The notes below the pieces were generated by a model. It was not told the origin of the DNA, did not search any database, and saw only the letters and a list, made by a program, of their open reading frames with translations. From NCBI GenBank assembly GCA_031288185.1, contig JAITRZ010000049.1:31425-95424 (forward strand): a stretch of DNA of 64,000 nt, read 5' to 3'. The stretch comes from Coriobacteriales bacterium. GTDB lineage: Bacteria; Actinomycetota; Coriobacteriia; Coriobacteriales; UBA8131. The position numbers and the translations under genes are program-made. Shown piece by piece: positions 1 through 10,084 of the stretch (within the stretch, counting starts at the first letter, position 1; every line of letters begins with the position of its first letter).

Positions 1-882
1 ATGCTATTAAGTTCACTTACTGCGGCCAGAAAGCGGCTTATTTTGGCTGTATGCTGTGGAGTGGCAGCGGCGTTATTGATAGGAGTATATACGGGCGATC
101 TTAAGGCTCAGGCTGCATTCAGTCGCAACGCTGCTATTGGTGAATACGGCGGTGATCAGGTTGAGGTTCTCGTGGCGGCGCGCGACATTGCCGTTGGAGA
201 GACGCTCAGTGCCGATAACGCGACACTACAGCTCTGGTTGGCTGACCTGTTGCCTACCGGCACTTTTACCACTCCTGAAGCGGCCTATGGCCAATCTGTT
301 TGCGTCCCCGTCTACAAAAACGAACCTATTATGGAAGCCAAGATCGCTACTTCAGGCCAGAAACTGGAAGTTCCAGAAGGTCTATGTGCATTGAGTGTGC
401 CGGTCAGCGATGAGATGGCGATAGGTGGGGCACTGGTTGCTGGCAGCGCGGTTGATGTCTATGCGATAGGAGAAAGTGTTGTGTCTCTGGTCGCCAGCGA
501 CGTGTTGGTTCTGGAAGCAAGCAATGGTTATGGAGATGAGGGTTCGGCAGGTTTTTTCAGTTCCAGTTCGCGTGCCACGCTAAAATGGGCGACCCTGGCG
601 GTACAACCGGCCATGGTTAGTGAGTTACTGGCTGCTTCTCGAGACAAAAACCTCAGCCTGGTTCTTCCCGGTGAAAATGCCAGTTCCGTCGCGCCTGTTC
701 CAACCCCTGATGCGGGGGCAGACACAGCTCAATGGGCAAACGATGTCCCAGGTTCCAACCTAACTGAAAATACGCGCGACAGGAGCGCAACCCCGGAGCC
801 TTCTGATGTTATCGCTGGTTCAGACCTTGCCGAAACCGGGGCTTATGATAGTGTCCCAACACATGATAAACAGGACGGCTAG
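1..882 (+). CDS. cpaB: Flp/Tad pilus assembly protein, CpaB/RcpC-like (may begin upstream of window edge)
   Basis: ORF 1-882. N-terminal hydrophobic anchor LILAVCCGVAAALLIGVY followed by SAF/CpaB-like VEVLVAARDIAVGETL. Stop abuts the next gene and heads a tadZ-tadA-tadB-tadC-flp operon. Confidence 0.6.
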   Translation: MLLSSLTAARKRLILAVCCGVAAALLIGVYTGDLKAQAAFSRNAAIGEYGGDQVEVLVAARDIAVGETLSADNATLQLWLADLLPTGTFTTPEAAYGQSVCVPVYKNEPIMEAKIATSGQKLEVPEGLCALSVPVSDEMAIGGALVAGSAVDVYAIGESVVSLVASDVLVLEASNGYGDEGSAGFFSSSSRATLKWATLAVQPAMVSELLAASRDKNLSLVLPGENASSVAPVPTPDAGADTAQWANDVPGSNLTENTRDRSATPEPSDVIAGSDLAETGAYDSVPTHDKQDG

Positions 883-2519
883 TGATGAACCATTGCGGTG
901 TTCCAGAAAAAACTGACGACCTGATTGGGGGATCGCCGCACATTGTCGCCCTTGCTTTTGCCTTCGATGAGGGCGACGATGCTATAGACCATGAGATTCA
1001 TGATGTTTGCAAATGTGCCTACTTTCAGATATTTAAGACGGCCTTGCACTGTCGCCGGGCCCTGGCCGTCGCCGCCTCCCATGTGCAGGTGTTGATTACT
1101 GAGAATGATTTTGAGGTTTCAGCCCTAAACCTGGCAGCGGCTCTGCACAAGGATAACCACTCCAGGGACATTTACCTGCAAAACAGTGCTCCCAGTGGAT
1201 TGTTCCTTTCGCGCTCTGAGGCCGCTGGTGTTCGTGGAGTTATCGACGAATCTCAGGCTCGTGGCCTACTGCGCCTGTCTACAACTACCGATACTGATGT
1301 TCTTGATGGCGCATTATCCAGCACCCATACGATGGATCCAGCGAAAGAGTTGGCCTGGCTGGAGGATTACCTTGCCTTAGATGAACTGGATGAAGGTGTG
1401 TCTGACAATTTTGTTACACAGCCTCTAGGTGACGGCCAAGCAAAAACCGCAAGCCTGGATGAAAACGCTCAGGAACAAGGTCAGTTCGCCACACGGGAGG
1501 CCACAGGGTCTCTTTCCCCTCCAACCGCCCTGCTTACACAGGTGCCCTCATCACCACCGGTTATTTCAACCATTACGACAGCACACGATGTTTATGTGCC
1601 TGATCCTGACGCGACACCCTCCCTTCAGGGGTGCTGTCAGGTCAATACCAGTCCTTTGGCGGGCAATGTTTGTCTGCCTGATCCCGGATGCCCCCCAGCT
1701 ATTATCTCTGCCTTTGTTTCCGGACGCGGAGGTGTTGGCAAATCCAGTCTGTCGGTGTTAACAGCCGTATCGCTCCATCAACAGGGCGCCAGGGTTGTTC
1801 TTGCAGATATGGATTTGCAATTTGGCGACCTTGCTTATCTGCTTGGCACTGAAGAATCGTGTCGTGTCGTTCGGATGAACATTGCAGCAGTATTGAGTGG
1901 GCAGGCACAGATACCAGAATTAACCAATAACCTGCTTTTGCTCGAACCTCCCAGCCGTCCAGAGCTAGCCGAGTCTATTGTTGCTTCTATCCCTCAATTG
2001 TTTGAGGCGTTGCGTCAGGTTGCCGATGTAGTCATCCTTAATACGTCCTGTCTCTGGGACGAGCTCTCTGCTCTCCTGGTTCAACAGTGTGATCAACTCC
2101 TTTTTGCGATGGATCAGCGTGCAACTTCCGTAGAAGGATGTAGGCAGGCTGTGGAGCTCTGTGTTCGTCTGCATGTTCCATCTACAAAATTTCTCTATGT
2201 GTTAAATCGTTGCTCTAAAAATGCGCCTATCACCGACCTGGACGCTTCACTGGCTCTTGGAGGAGTTACCGTCGCCTGCGTGGTAGACGGAGGTCGTCAG
2301 GTTGATGAGATGCTGGCGTTGGGCCTGCCTGCTGAGTTGTTAAACAACTCATCGCAGCTGACACAATCGGTAGAGAGTTTAGGGGTTTTGCTGTCCGGCG
2401 CTAACCGCGCAATGCCTGCTTCTCGCCTTCACGATACCTTCAAGTCTCGCGCTTTCACCAAGCGTGGTCGACAAGAACGCGGCGTTCGCGCGAAATGGAA
2501 TGCTGGCGGGGTGAGGTGA
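882..2519 (+). CDS. tadZ: TadZ/CpaE-like ParA/MinD-family ATPase of the Tad locus (start uncertain)
   Basis: C-terminal half has the deviant Walker A SGRGGVGKSS followed by VVLADMDLQFGD. N-terminal receiver-like segment plus an acidic/Pro-rich linker. Stop TGA overlaps the tadA ATG (ATGA at 2517-2521). Confidence 0.7.
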   Translation: MMNHCGVPEKTDDLIGGSPHIVALAFAFDEGDDAIDHEIHDVCKCAYFQIFKTALHCRRALAVAASHVQVLITENDFEVSALNLAAALHKDNHSRDIYLQNSAPSGLFLSRSEAAGVRGVIDESQARGLLRLSTTTDTDVLDGALSSTHTMDPAKELAWLEDYLALDELDEGVSDNFVTQPLGDGQAKTASLDENAQEQGQFATREATGSLSPPTALLTQVPSSPPVISTITTAHDVYVPDPDATPSLQGCCQVNTSPLAGNVCLPDPGCPPAIISAFVSGRGGVGKSSLSVLTAVSLHQQGARVVLADMDLQFGDLAYLLGTEESCRVVRMNIAAVLSGQAQIPELTNNLLLLEPPSRPELAESIVASIPQLFEALRQVADVVILNTSCLWDELSALLVQQCDQLLFAMDQRATSVEGCRQAVELCVRLHVPSTKFLYVLNRCSKNAPITDLDASLALGGVTVACVVDGGRQVDEMLALGLPAELLNNSSQLTQSVESLGVLLSGANRAMPASRLHDTFKSRAFTKRGRQERGVRAKWNAGGVR

Positions 2520-3838
2520 TGTCGTTACTCAGTTACCTTCAGTCACAGGAAAGTGACCTAACCATGGTGACATACGCTGCTGATGCGGGAAAGTGGCGTC
2601 TTGAGCTGCGCGATGCTCTGTTTGAGCGCCTGTCCAGCGAATGTATAGCTGAACTATTGTTGCGAGATGGCGACCGTGCTCGCCTCGAAGTTGTCTCAAC
2701 CCTTAAGGTGGCGGCGCAGGATGTACGCTTCTGTACGCTTAGTGTTGCGACAAAATCTCGCCTGATTCAAGAAGTTGCCGACCTTGTGTTGGGGTTGGGG
2801 CCGTTAGAGGAACTTTTATCAGACCAAACCATCACTGAAATAATGGTCAACGGAGCTTCTCAGGTGTTCTACGAGCGAGAAGGAAAACTGTATCGAAGCA
2901 AAGCCCGTTTTAACGATGAGCAACAATTGCGCATGGTCATAGACCGGATCGTCAGTCCCCTGGGACGACGCGTAGATGAACAGAGCCCCTTTGTCAGTGC
3001 GCGTTTGGCCACAGGCCATAGAGTTAATGTAGTGATACCGCCCCTTTCTTTGGATGGTTCAATTCTGACCATTCGCAAGTTTCGCGATGAAATATTTACC
3101 CTAGATGAACTAACAAAGATGGGCAGCATCGACTCTTGTGGCGCACAGCTGCTACGCTGGGCTGTTTTGTGCCGCCGCACTATTGCTGTTAGTGGCGGTA
3201 CCGGCTCTGGTAAGACAACTTTTCTGAATGCGTTGTCCGTAGAAATACCACCCTATGAACGTATCATCACTATCGAGGATGCCGCCGAACTGCGCTTCTC
3301 AAAACACCCACACGTGGTGCGTCTGGAAGCACGGCCTCGTAACGCCGAAGGTTGTGGGGAAGTGAGCATTAGGGACTTGATGATAAACGCGCTCAGAATG
3401 CGACCGGATAGAATAGTGGTGGGAGAGTGCCGTGGCGCTGAGGCCTTAGATATGCTCCAGGCCATGAATACCGGCCATGATGGGTCACTAACCACGCTCC
3501 ATGCCAATTCACCCTATGAGGTGCCTAAAAGATTGGTGATGATGGCGCGCTACGCCATGGATCTACCCGTGTCAATCATTGAGGAACAGATTGCCTCAGC
3601 CTTGGATATTGTTGTGCAACTGGATCGTTTTGGCGACGGCAGGCGTCGAGTCACCAGCATCTGCGAGTTTGGATCCAGCTCTGCCAGTGGGTTGAGCATG
3701 ACACAACTCTGCGTGTGGGATACCACAAGTTCCCGATATCACTGGAAGGCACGCCCTGGCTGGCTTAACCAGCAGGGTTCATCCTGCCAACTGGACGCAG
3801 AGGAGGTGAAGGCGTGGATAGCCCTGGCTGGCTTATAG
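2519..3838 (+). CDS. tadA: Tad pilus secretion ATPase CpaF/TadA (type II/IV secretion NTPase)
   Basis: Walker [10 protein letters not shown], Asp box ITIEDAAEL, Walker [10 protein letters not shown], His box [16 protein letters not shown] at 2519 overlaps the tadZ stop. Confidence 0.9.
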   Translation: MSLLSYLQSQESDLTMVTYAADAGKWRLELRDALFERLSSECIAELLLRDGDRARLEVVSTLKVAAQDVRFCTLSVATKSRLIQEVADLVLGLGPLEELLSDQTITEIMVNGASQVFYEREGKLYRSKARFNDEQQLRMVIDRIVSPLGRRVDEQSPFVSARLATGHRVNVVIPPLSLDGSILTIRKFRDEIFTLDELTKMGSIDSCGAQLLRWAVLCRRTIAVSGGTGSGKTTFLNALSVEIPPYERIITIEDAAELRFSKHPHVVRLEARPRNAEGCGEVSIRDLMINALRMRPDRIVVGECRGAEALDMLQAMNTGHDGSLTTLHANSPYEVPKRLVMMARYAMDLPVSIIEEQIASALDIVVQLDRFGDGRRRVTSICEFGSSSASGLSMTQLCVWDTTSSRYHWKARPGWLNQQGSSCQLDAEEVKAWIALAGL

Positions 3839-3843
3839 GTCTT

Positions 3844-4815
3844 ATGAGCGCGGTTTTGGCAGGCTGCGCAGTAGCAATGTTAGTACCCGTTGTTATTGAA
3901 ACGGCGCTGAAGAGCCTGCGAGTGGCGCGCATGCGCTCTCAGCTTACCCACCGTGAGTCAAACAGTACCTGGCAGGTCTTACGTGCCGATTTAAGTCGCA
4001 ACGGCGTGGCGTTTTTGCGCCCGTTGGCCACTCTTTTATTGCGCTTGCCCGCTGTGGTAAACGCCGTAACTCCTATCGTGGAAGAACATCAGAGCTGGCG
4101 CCGTGAGGAGGGAGCAAATCTTCGGGCAGTTACTGAAAGTCTGATTCTTGTTGGCGTGCTTTCTGCTCTAGTGGTTTTTTTGCTCTTTGGTCAAGCTCTT
4201 TTAGCCGGTGCCAGTCTTTTTTTGCCGATGATGGTGGTGACGATGCATGCCAAACAATGGCATCAAAAACAAAAACGGCTTCTACTGGAGCAACTACCCG
4301 ATGCTCTCCGTTCTTTGGGCATGTGCTTCAGCGCCGGTTTCTCACTTCAGCAATCTCTTGAACAAACGGCACAAGAAGCAGAACAACCGCTGTCTGGTGA
4401 ATTACTAAAAACAGCGAGCGATATGCAGACGGGCTGTTCAATCTTGGAGTCCCTGCGCAAACTTGATGAACGGGTCAATGTATCTGAGCTTCGCTTTGTG
4501 TCAGTAGCGATGGAGATACAGCATAGCACTGGCGGCAGCCTGCGCGAAATACTGGATTGCGCTGCTCATTCTTTGGATTCCAGTTTTGAGTTGGAACGCA
4601 GTCTAAGCGTGCAAACTGCGCAGGCCAGGATGTCGGCGCGGGTGGTGACCGTGATGCCCCTGGCATTGATGTTGGTTTTATCGTTGGCAATGGAAGGATA
4701 CCTGGCAACATTTTTTACTAATCCGGTTGGCTTTGGGATGCTGATTGTTGCTCTGGGTATGGAGCTGGTAGGAGTGTTAGCCATTCGTAAAATTCTCGGC
4801 CTGGATTTGGAGTAG
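3844..4815 (+). CDS. tadB: TadB-like type II secretion system F-family inner membrane protein
   Basis: Polytopic membrane ORF directly after tadA. T2SSF-like segment LPDALRSLGMCFSAGFSLQQSLE. ATG 3844 chosen because it follows the tadA stop (alternative GTG at 3814). Confidence 0.75.
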   Translation: MSAVLAGCAVAMLVPVVIETALKSLRVARMRSQLTHRESNSTWQVLRADLSRNGVAFLRPLATLLLRLPAVVNAVTPIVEEHQSWRREEGANLRAVTESLILVGVLSALVVFLLFGQALLAGASLFLPMMVVTMHAKQWHQKQKRLLLEQLPDALRSLGMCFSAGFSLQQSLEQTAQEAEQPLSGELLKTASDMQTGCSILESLRKLDERVNVSELRFVSVAMEIQHSTGGSLREILDCAAHSLDSSFELERSLSVQTAQARMSARVVTVMPLALMLVLSLAMEGYLATFFTNPVGFGMLIVALGMELVGVLAIRKILGLDLE

Positions 4816-4818
4816 GTC

Positions 4819-5613
4819 ATGATTTTTCTCATTATATGTTTAGGCGCTACTGCCGTTATCCTGCTTTGCTACGAGTTGCTAATGCGGCGAGAGCGCATGC
4901 AGCGAAAATCGAGGATACGCACCAAGATGTTGGCGCGCGCGCATGCTACCAGAAGCAATGCTTCCGGGTGCAGTGGCGACTTGCGCGGAGATGCAGGAGG
5001 TGAAAGTGATGCGAAGTGTTTTCCTGTAGCAACCGACAGTTCAACAGCTGGCATCAGGCCCAGGGCTCCTACCTTGATGTGGTCACAGAAGCTGGTGGAG
5101 CTAGGAGCGCCCCTGCCCATCGTGGGGCCATTAATCAGGAGAGGGCAAAACCAACATCTGCTTATAAGCTGTCAGGCGGATCTGCCGCGAATGCTAGAGA
5201 TACTTGCCATGGCGATGCGGGCTGGGTTGAGCTTTGATGCAGCCTTTGGATTATACGTGAGCCGCTTTGATAATCCTCTAAGCAGGGTGTGCGCCGAACG
5301 CTTTGATGTGTGGAACAAGGGTTTGATCAGCCGTGAGGATGGTTTGCGCAAATTGGCTTCGACGCTTGATATCCCTCTCTTGAGTCGCTTTGTCAGTACA
5401 ACAATTCGCGCGTTACATTATGGAGCCCCGCTGGCTCCACTCCTTGAAGATTGCGCAACTGAAGCCCGCCGTATCTACCGGGACAGCCAGCGTGAGAAGG
5501 TGGCAAAAGCCCCCGTAAAGATGTTGATTCCAACAGGTACCCTGATACTTCCGGCAATGCTGATGCTGGTGATAGGACCAATTATATTAAATGTGACAGA
5601 AAGGATGGTGTGA
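4819..5613 (+). CDS. tadC: TadC-like type II secretion system F-family membrane protein
   Basis: Second T2SSF-like ORF (LPRMLEILAMAMRAGLSFDAAF) 3 nt after the tadB stop, with terminal TM helices. Confidence 0.7.
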   Translation: MIFLIICLGATAVILLCYELLMRRERMQRKSRIRTKMLARAHATRSNASGCSGDLRGDAGGESDAKCFPVATDSSTAGIRPRAPTLMWSQKLVELGAPLPIVGPLIRRGQNQHLLISCQADLPRMLEILAMAMRAGLSFDAAFGLYVSRFDNPLSRVCAERFDVWNKGLISREDGLRKLASTLDIPLLSRFVSTTIRALHYGAPLAPLLEDCATEARRIYRDSQREKVAKAPVKMLIPTGTLILPAMLMLVIGPIILNVTERMV

Positions 5614-5616
5614 ACA

Positions 5617-5841
5617 ATGAAAAGATGGGGAACGCGCGTTCAACTAAGGCAGCTAACGTTTACGGTCATGATAATGATGATTGCCCAAAGGCTGCGCCAC
5701 GAGCGATCCGGCCAGGGAACTACTGAATATGCTATTTTAGTTGGTGTTTTAGTAGTAATAGCAATAATTGCCCTCGTCGCTTTCAGGGGCAATATCGAAA
5801 CACTTTGGAATGAAATTTCAGAGAGCATTAACTCGCTTTAG
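5617..5841 (+). CDS. flp: Flp-family type IVb prepilin
   Basis: 74 aa. Flp processing motif G/XXXXEY (SG-QGTT-EYAILVGVLVVIAIIALVAF) followed by a hydrophobic helix. AAAGGA RBS upstream of ATG 5617. Confidence 0.8.
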   Translation: MKRWGTRVQLRQLTFTVMIMMIAQRLRHERSGQGTTEYAILVGVLVVIAIIALVAFRGNIETLWNEISESINSL

Positions 5842-6070
5842 GGCAGGTATGCTGGATTGGATACTCGTTTTTTTATCGCCGTGGATGTTCGTATCGAATG
5901 GCCGTTCTTTTGCGGGACAGGAAAATGTGTGATGGGAAGATTTAGTGCGCAAGGCTGATTGCGTAGGTAAGCCGTGACGTTCAGTCCACATCAGGATACC
6001 AGGGCCTTCGAGTAGGTGTATGGGTTCATAAAGGCATCTTTAATGGGACGTAGACGATGAAGAAGGATTC

Positions 6071-6754
6071 ATGAAAAAGAGAAAAGGTAAAGGGATAGCA
6101 CGCTTGTATATTGTGGCACTGCTACTGGTTACGTGCACCGCGCTAACGGCCATGTTTTCCAGCAAGCAAGGTGATGAATCAACGCGTGTTTTCAACCAAC
6201 CTTCCTCTGCGCCGGAGAGTAGCGAAGCCATGGTACCTGATACCTTTCTGGGTGATGTTGATGGCGGTGATGGAGATGACACTGCTGATATACAGGAAAG
6301 GGATGCCCTGTCTCAAGATTTTGATGGAGACAGCGGCAATCTAACAAAAGGTGATGATGTTTACGGTGATGCTCCGTTGCCAGGGCAGCAACAAACCCGC
6401 CTACCCTCAATGCCCCAGAGCGGTAATCCCTCTCTCCCCCTTAATCTTCCCCTGCAACAGATGCCCGTTTTGTACACACGCGGTACTGCCCTAGAAAGCT
6501 GGCAGTTTACCAGCAGTGTTTCCTGTGCTGACTATGCCCGCATGACCCTGCTCAGTCTCCAGGCCAGCGGTGCTAGGCTGATTGAAGCCGGCTATCTTGA
6601 CCTGATAGGGGAATGCTGGGGCTGCGTGATTCAGGACAATCTAAGTAGATCATTTAATATCACCTTGATGCCACAAGAGGTTTTCAAAAGCCGCAGTGAT
6701 GCAAATCAGTTGTTGGTAACCGTCATCCATTACCTGGAACCGTTGGGAGTATGA
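6071..6754 (+). CDS. hypothetical secreted, possibly lipid-anchored, Asp-rich protein in the tad locus
   Basis: Basic N-terminus plus hydrophobic segment ending LLVTC (weak lipobox). Acidic low-complexity middle. Stop overlaps the next ORF's ATG (ATGA). Confidence 0.45.
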   Translation: MKKRKGKGIARLYIVALLLVTCTALTAMFSSKQGDESTRVFNQPSSAPESSEAMVPDTFLGDVDGGDGDDTADIQERDALSQDFDGDSGNLTKGDDVYGDAPLPGQQQTRLPSMPQSGNPSLPLNLPLQQMPVLYTRGTALESWQFTSSVSCADYARMTLLSLQASGARLIEAGYLDLIGECWGCVIQDNLSRSFNITLMPQEVFKSRSDANQLLVTVIHYLEPLGV

Positions 6755-7083
6755 GCGTGCTTTTTACGGACGATATGAGAGATAAGGCATCAGACCTGCT
6801 ATCCGCAGAAAGCAGTATAAAGCGCGGGTTTCAGGGTTCAGGGCAAGCGTCCGGATGCCTGAGCAGCTGGTTATACAGGGAGATGGGCGGTAAGAGGTGT
6901 GCCGGTCAAGCGACGGTAGAATATCTGGTAGTCTGCCTGGCTCTCATCACTATCACCGTGGTACTTGGTCTTTTAACACATCACGTAAGTGAGGGTCTGT
7001 TTGTGGAACACGCCGCTGAAAGCGCCTCTCATTCACTCACAACTAACACGGCGGGTTCCATCGGAGATGTACTGTTGTACTGA
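6751..7083 (+). CDS. second Flp-like prepilin (long leader; true start may be Met at 6883)
   Basis: Motif AG-QATV-EYLVVCLALITITVVLGLL fits G/XXXXEY plus a hydrophobic helix. Translationally coupled to the upstream ORF. Confidence 0.55.
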   Translation: MSVLFTDDMRDKASDLLSAESSIKRGFQGSGQASGCLSSWLYREMGGKRCAGQATVEYLVVCLALITITVVLGLLTHHVSEGLFVEHAAESASHSLTTNTAGSIGDVLLY

Positions 7084-7275
7084 CGATGACTATTCAGCCC
7101 GACCATCGTCATCGCGAAATCACGGTAGGACTAACGCCATGTGAGAAGGAGAAGGCAGCGATTGGATAAATTTATTGACAGATTATGTACGGTAAAAATG
7201 CGCAGGAGATACGATGCTGACCCTCCAGGGTGTCACATCAGAACAGGAGGCAACTGCCAGCGGTGTCAGGTTGAT

Positions 7276-7803
7276 ATGAGCCGTCCCTGTGTGCAGAACC
7301 GTGGATCCCGCCGAGGTCAGACCACGGTGGAAGCAGCCTATCTGATCCCTCTTCTGCTGTTGTTGCTCCTCATACTGATTCAACCGGTGATCATGCTTTA
7401 TAACCTGATGATCATGGAAAACGCTGCTACTGAGGGCTGCCGACTACTCGCCACGCGCACCATTCAGGGTGCCTACAGCCAGGACAAGTATGAAGGTTAC
7501 GTAAAACGGCGACTTGCGGCGATCCCACCTATGGATATATTTCATGCCCATGTGGGCAGCACTACGTGGAATATAGAACTCATGGGTGATGAAACCAATG
7601 CGGAGGTCGGCGTGCGCATTATCAACAAATTGAGACCGTTGCCGCTGTTGGGCTGGGGAGAACAGCTTTTAGGTCTTTGCGACAGCGATGGTTATCTGAC
7701 ACAAGAAGTGCTGGCGACAATGCCTACACAACCCAGTTGGGCATCTGAAGGTACCAGTCTTGATCCTGAACGGTGGGTGCATAGTTATGACAAAAATCTG
7801 TAA
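7276..7803 (+). CDS. tadE: TadE-like pseudopilin (start uncertain, ORF opens at 7141)
   Basis: RRGQTTVEAAYLIPLLLLLLLILIQPV is the TadE-type N-terminal G-x-x-x-VE motif plus TM helix. Confidence 0.6.
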   Translation: MSRPCVQNRGSRRGQTTVEAAYLIPLLLLLLLILIQPVIMLYNLMIMENAATEGCRLLATRTIQGAYSQDKYEGYVKRRLAAIPPMDIFHAHVGSTTWNIELMGDETNAEVGVRIINKLRPLPLLGWGEQLLGLCDSDGYLTQEVLATMPTQPSWASEGTSLDPERWVHSYDKNL

Positions 7804-10084
7804 TACCCTTTGTCGGGCTTCTAACACAACTTTCGTACGTACTGTCCCCAGCGCAGTTACCGAAAGGAGGCGTGTCAATCCATCAGATGGTGCACGCACA
7901 GGTGGGCATGTTGACCTGAAGCACCAACGTTACAACGCCTTTATTGCCTCAGACGGAGGATTTACCAGCATTGGTGTGGTAATAGCACTACTGTTGGTTG
8001 TGACCTTGCTGTTTAGTGCTGTCCAGGTACGGTGGATACAGTCACAATCAGCGGATATACAGTTTGTTGCCGATGCGGGAGCCTTGGCCGCCGGAAATGT
8101 TGTTGGTGAATATACTGTGTTAGTGCGCGTTGCTGATGCGGTTGTTTTATCCATGAGCCTGTTTGGCATGGCTGTCTTTGGTATTGCTGTAGTGGTCAGT
8201 TGCATTCCTTTTGCGCAAAGCGTGGGTGCCACGTTGATGGATTTTGGGCATCAGGTGTTCAAGGCAAGAGACAAGTGCGCTGATGGCGTTGCCAATGCTC
8301 TTAATTCACTGCAAAATGCCCTGCCTTTTATTGCCGCCGTCAATTCGGCTGCCACTATTTCCTCCAACAATTCCATGAGTGCCTCTTCAAATAACTATCT
8401 TGGCTTGGCCATCTTGATGCCCTTGGCGGGTCAGGACGTTGTTTTTTCGAGCGATGACCAAGCGCAGGCGAGTGGCGATGTGATTGGGGAGAAAAACCGG
8501 CAGACAGGCAATCTGACAGACACAGCCCAGGAAGCCTACCAGCAGATGCAATCGTCTAAGCTGGAAGGCTATTTGGCCGATTGCGGCAACAACCCCGCCT
8601 ATTGCCTGTATGAGCGTGTTGACACGCTGTCTTCTTTGGACGGAGCAAGAAACCCCTATTTTAGCTCTGTTGACAGCTGGTTGTTTGATTATGCTTTTGC
8701 GCGTTCCAGGGACTACTACCAAAGTCGTCTGGCAGCTGAGCGCCCACTAAACAGTACGCTGGATGAGCAGGTACGATCATTGTGCCGCCAACGCTATTAC
8801 AGCTACGCCTGTCAGCAGATGGCGAAGGGTTGGTGTATGACTGCCTCGGACGGGACTCTGAATGCGTATTTTCCCCTGATGCCAAAAAATAACGCCGAGG
8901 TACGGCAAACCGTTCTTTACACAGAATCTGTATATCCTGTTAGCATCGATGGTATTATACATGGTAGCTTTGAGTGTCCGGGATATCTCGATGCAGGAAC
9001 CGCAAAAACAGGCTCAGTGGCTGAACTGGAAGATGGTGTGTACCAAAAATGCCCGCATTGCGGGTTCGATATTAATTCTATAGGTCGAGTGGGCAGCGCT
9101 TCAAGTTCAGTAAATAATGGTTTTGAATATCACTATCGCAAGGTAGCAAGTGCGGCAGAACGCTATCAGTTGGCCGCAGAAGAATATCAAGACCGTGTCT
9201 CTGGCGCCAAAGAGTCGGCCAAAGAGGGTTTCAATGCGTTTGAACAAGCCTTAGAATCCCTAAAATCAACACGTCTGTCCGCATGGCCTCCGGGCAGAAA
9301 TGGCGTCCTGTCGATAGTCATCGACCCATCATCATCATCATTGCCGCCAGAATTGACAAACAGCAGTGTGAACACTGCTGCTCAGCTACAGCCCCGCATA
9401 GCTATTTCTGCCTGTGCTCTCGCCTCAGAAAAAGCTCTTTCCGGTTCAAATATCATCAGTGAGTTTCTCGAAAGGGCTAAGTCTGAAGCATCAGGTCAAA
9501 ACATTGGCGCGGGTGCCCTTGGGGTATTTGACAGCATCCTGGATGTTTGGGGAAGCGTACTTACTACCTATAGTAATGGGCAAGAGGCGTTGATTGACGG
9601 CCTGGAGAACTTTTTAGGGTCACTACCACTGATAAAGTCCACACCGTTGGCGCGCTGGGCTAAAACTGCTCTGGTGGAATGCTTTAATACCTTTGGCATC
9701 CAAGGAGCGGATCTTTCTGCATCCCGCCCCTTACTCGTCAACAGTTTACATGTTCTTAAAGCCTCTGATATGGCAACAACCAAAACTCTGCTCAATGCCA
9801 AGCAAGCCTATTCTTCGCTTCCTGGATCGGGTAGCGGCAGTATCGAATCAAGTCTGATAGACGGACTTCTTGGAGAGGCGCGCAACAAGGGTTCAAGCTA
9901 CCTGGCGGGTAGCTTTACTCTTTTCGAAATCAGCTTTGGTGATTTTCCTGGCTTACCTACCATACCTATACGGTTGACACTGCCAAAATCAGCAACGCAG
10001 CGCGCCCAGGCACTGCTTGATAGCATTATGTATAGAGCTCGTCAGGTTTTTGGCAGAGGTGGAGACAATGCTGTTTGGGAGTAA
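7760..10084 (+). CDS. large TadG-like membrane protein of the tad locus (start uncertain)
   Basis: 774-aa ORF. N-terminal TM then ADIQFVADAGALAAGNVV, resembling the TadE/G-like N-terminal domain. A second TM helix, then a Cys-containing central region (ECPGY...CPHCGFD). No other recognisable motif. Confidence 0.55.
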   Translation: MILNGGCIVMTKICNTLCRASNTTFVRTVPSAVTERRRVNPSDGARTGGHVDLKHQRYNAFIASDGGFTSIGVVIALLLVVTLLFSAVQVRWIQSQSADIQFVADAGALAAGNVVGEYTVLVRVADAVVLSMSLFGMAVFGIAVVVSCIPFAQSVGATLMDFGHQVFKARDKCADGVANALNSLQNALPFIAAVNSAATISSNNSMSASSNNYLGLAILMPLAGQDVVFSSDDQAQASGDVIGEKNRQTGNLTDTAQEAYQQMQSSKLEGYLADCGNNPAYCLYERVDTLSSLDGARNPYFSSVDSWLFDYAFARSRDYYQSRLAAERPLNSTLDEQVRSLCRQRYYSYACQQMAKGWCMTASDGTLNAYFPLMPKNNAEVRQTVLYTESVYPVSIDGIIHGSFECPGYLDAGTAKTGSVAELEDGVYQKCPHCGFDINSIGRVGSASSSVNNGFEYHYRKVASAAERYQLAAEEYQDRVSGAKESAKEGFNAFEQALESLKSTRLSAWPPGRNGVLSIVIDPSSSSLPPELTNSSVNTAAQLQPRIAISACALASEKALSGSNIISEFLERAKSEASGQNIGAGALGVFDSILDVWGSVLTTYSNGQEALIDGLENFLGSLPLIKSTPLARWAKTALVECFNTFGIQGADLSASRPLLVNSLHVLKASDMATTKTLLNAKQAYSSLPGSGSGSIESSLIDGLLGEARNKGSSYLAGSFTLFEISFGDFPGLPTIPIRLTLPKSATQRAQALLDSIMYRARQVFGRGGDNAVWE

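Noticed and set aside
882-1080. First ~65 codons of the tadZ ORF considered as a separate small gene or a regulatory leader
   Set aside because: There is no independent stop or start structure. The most likely explanations are an N-terminal extension or an upstream in-frame region before the true TadZ start, so it is kept within tadZ with the start marked uncertain.
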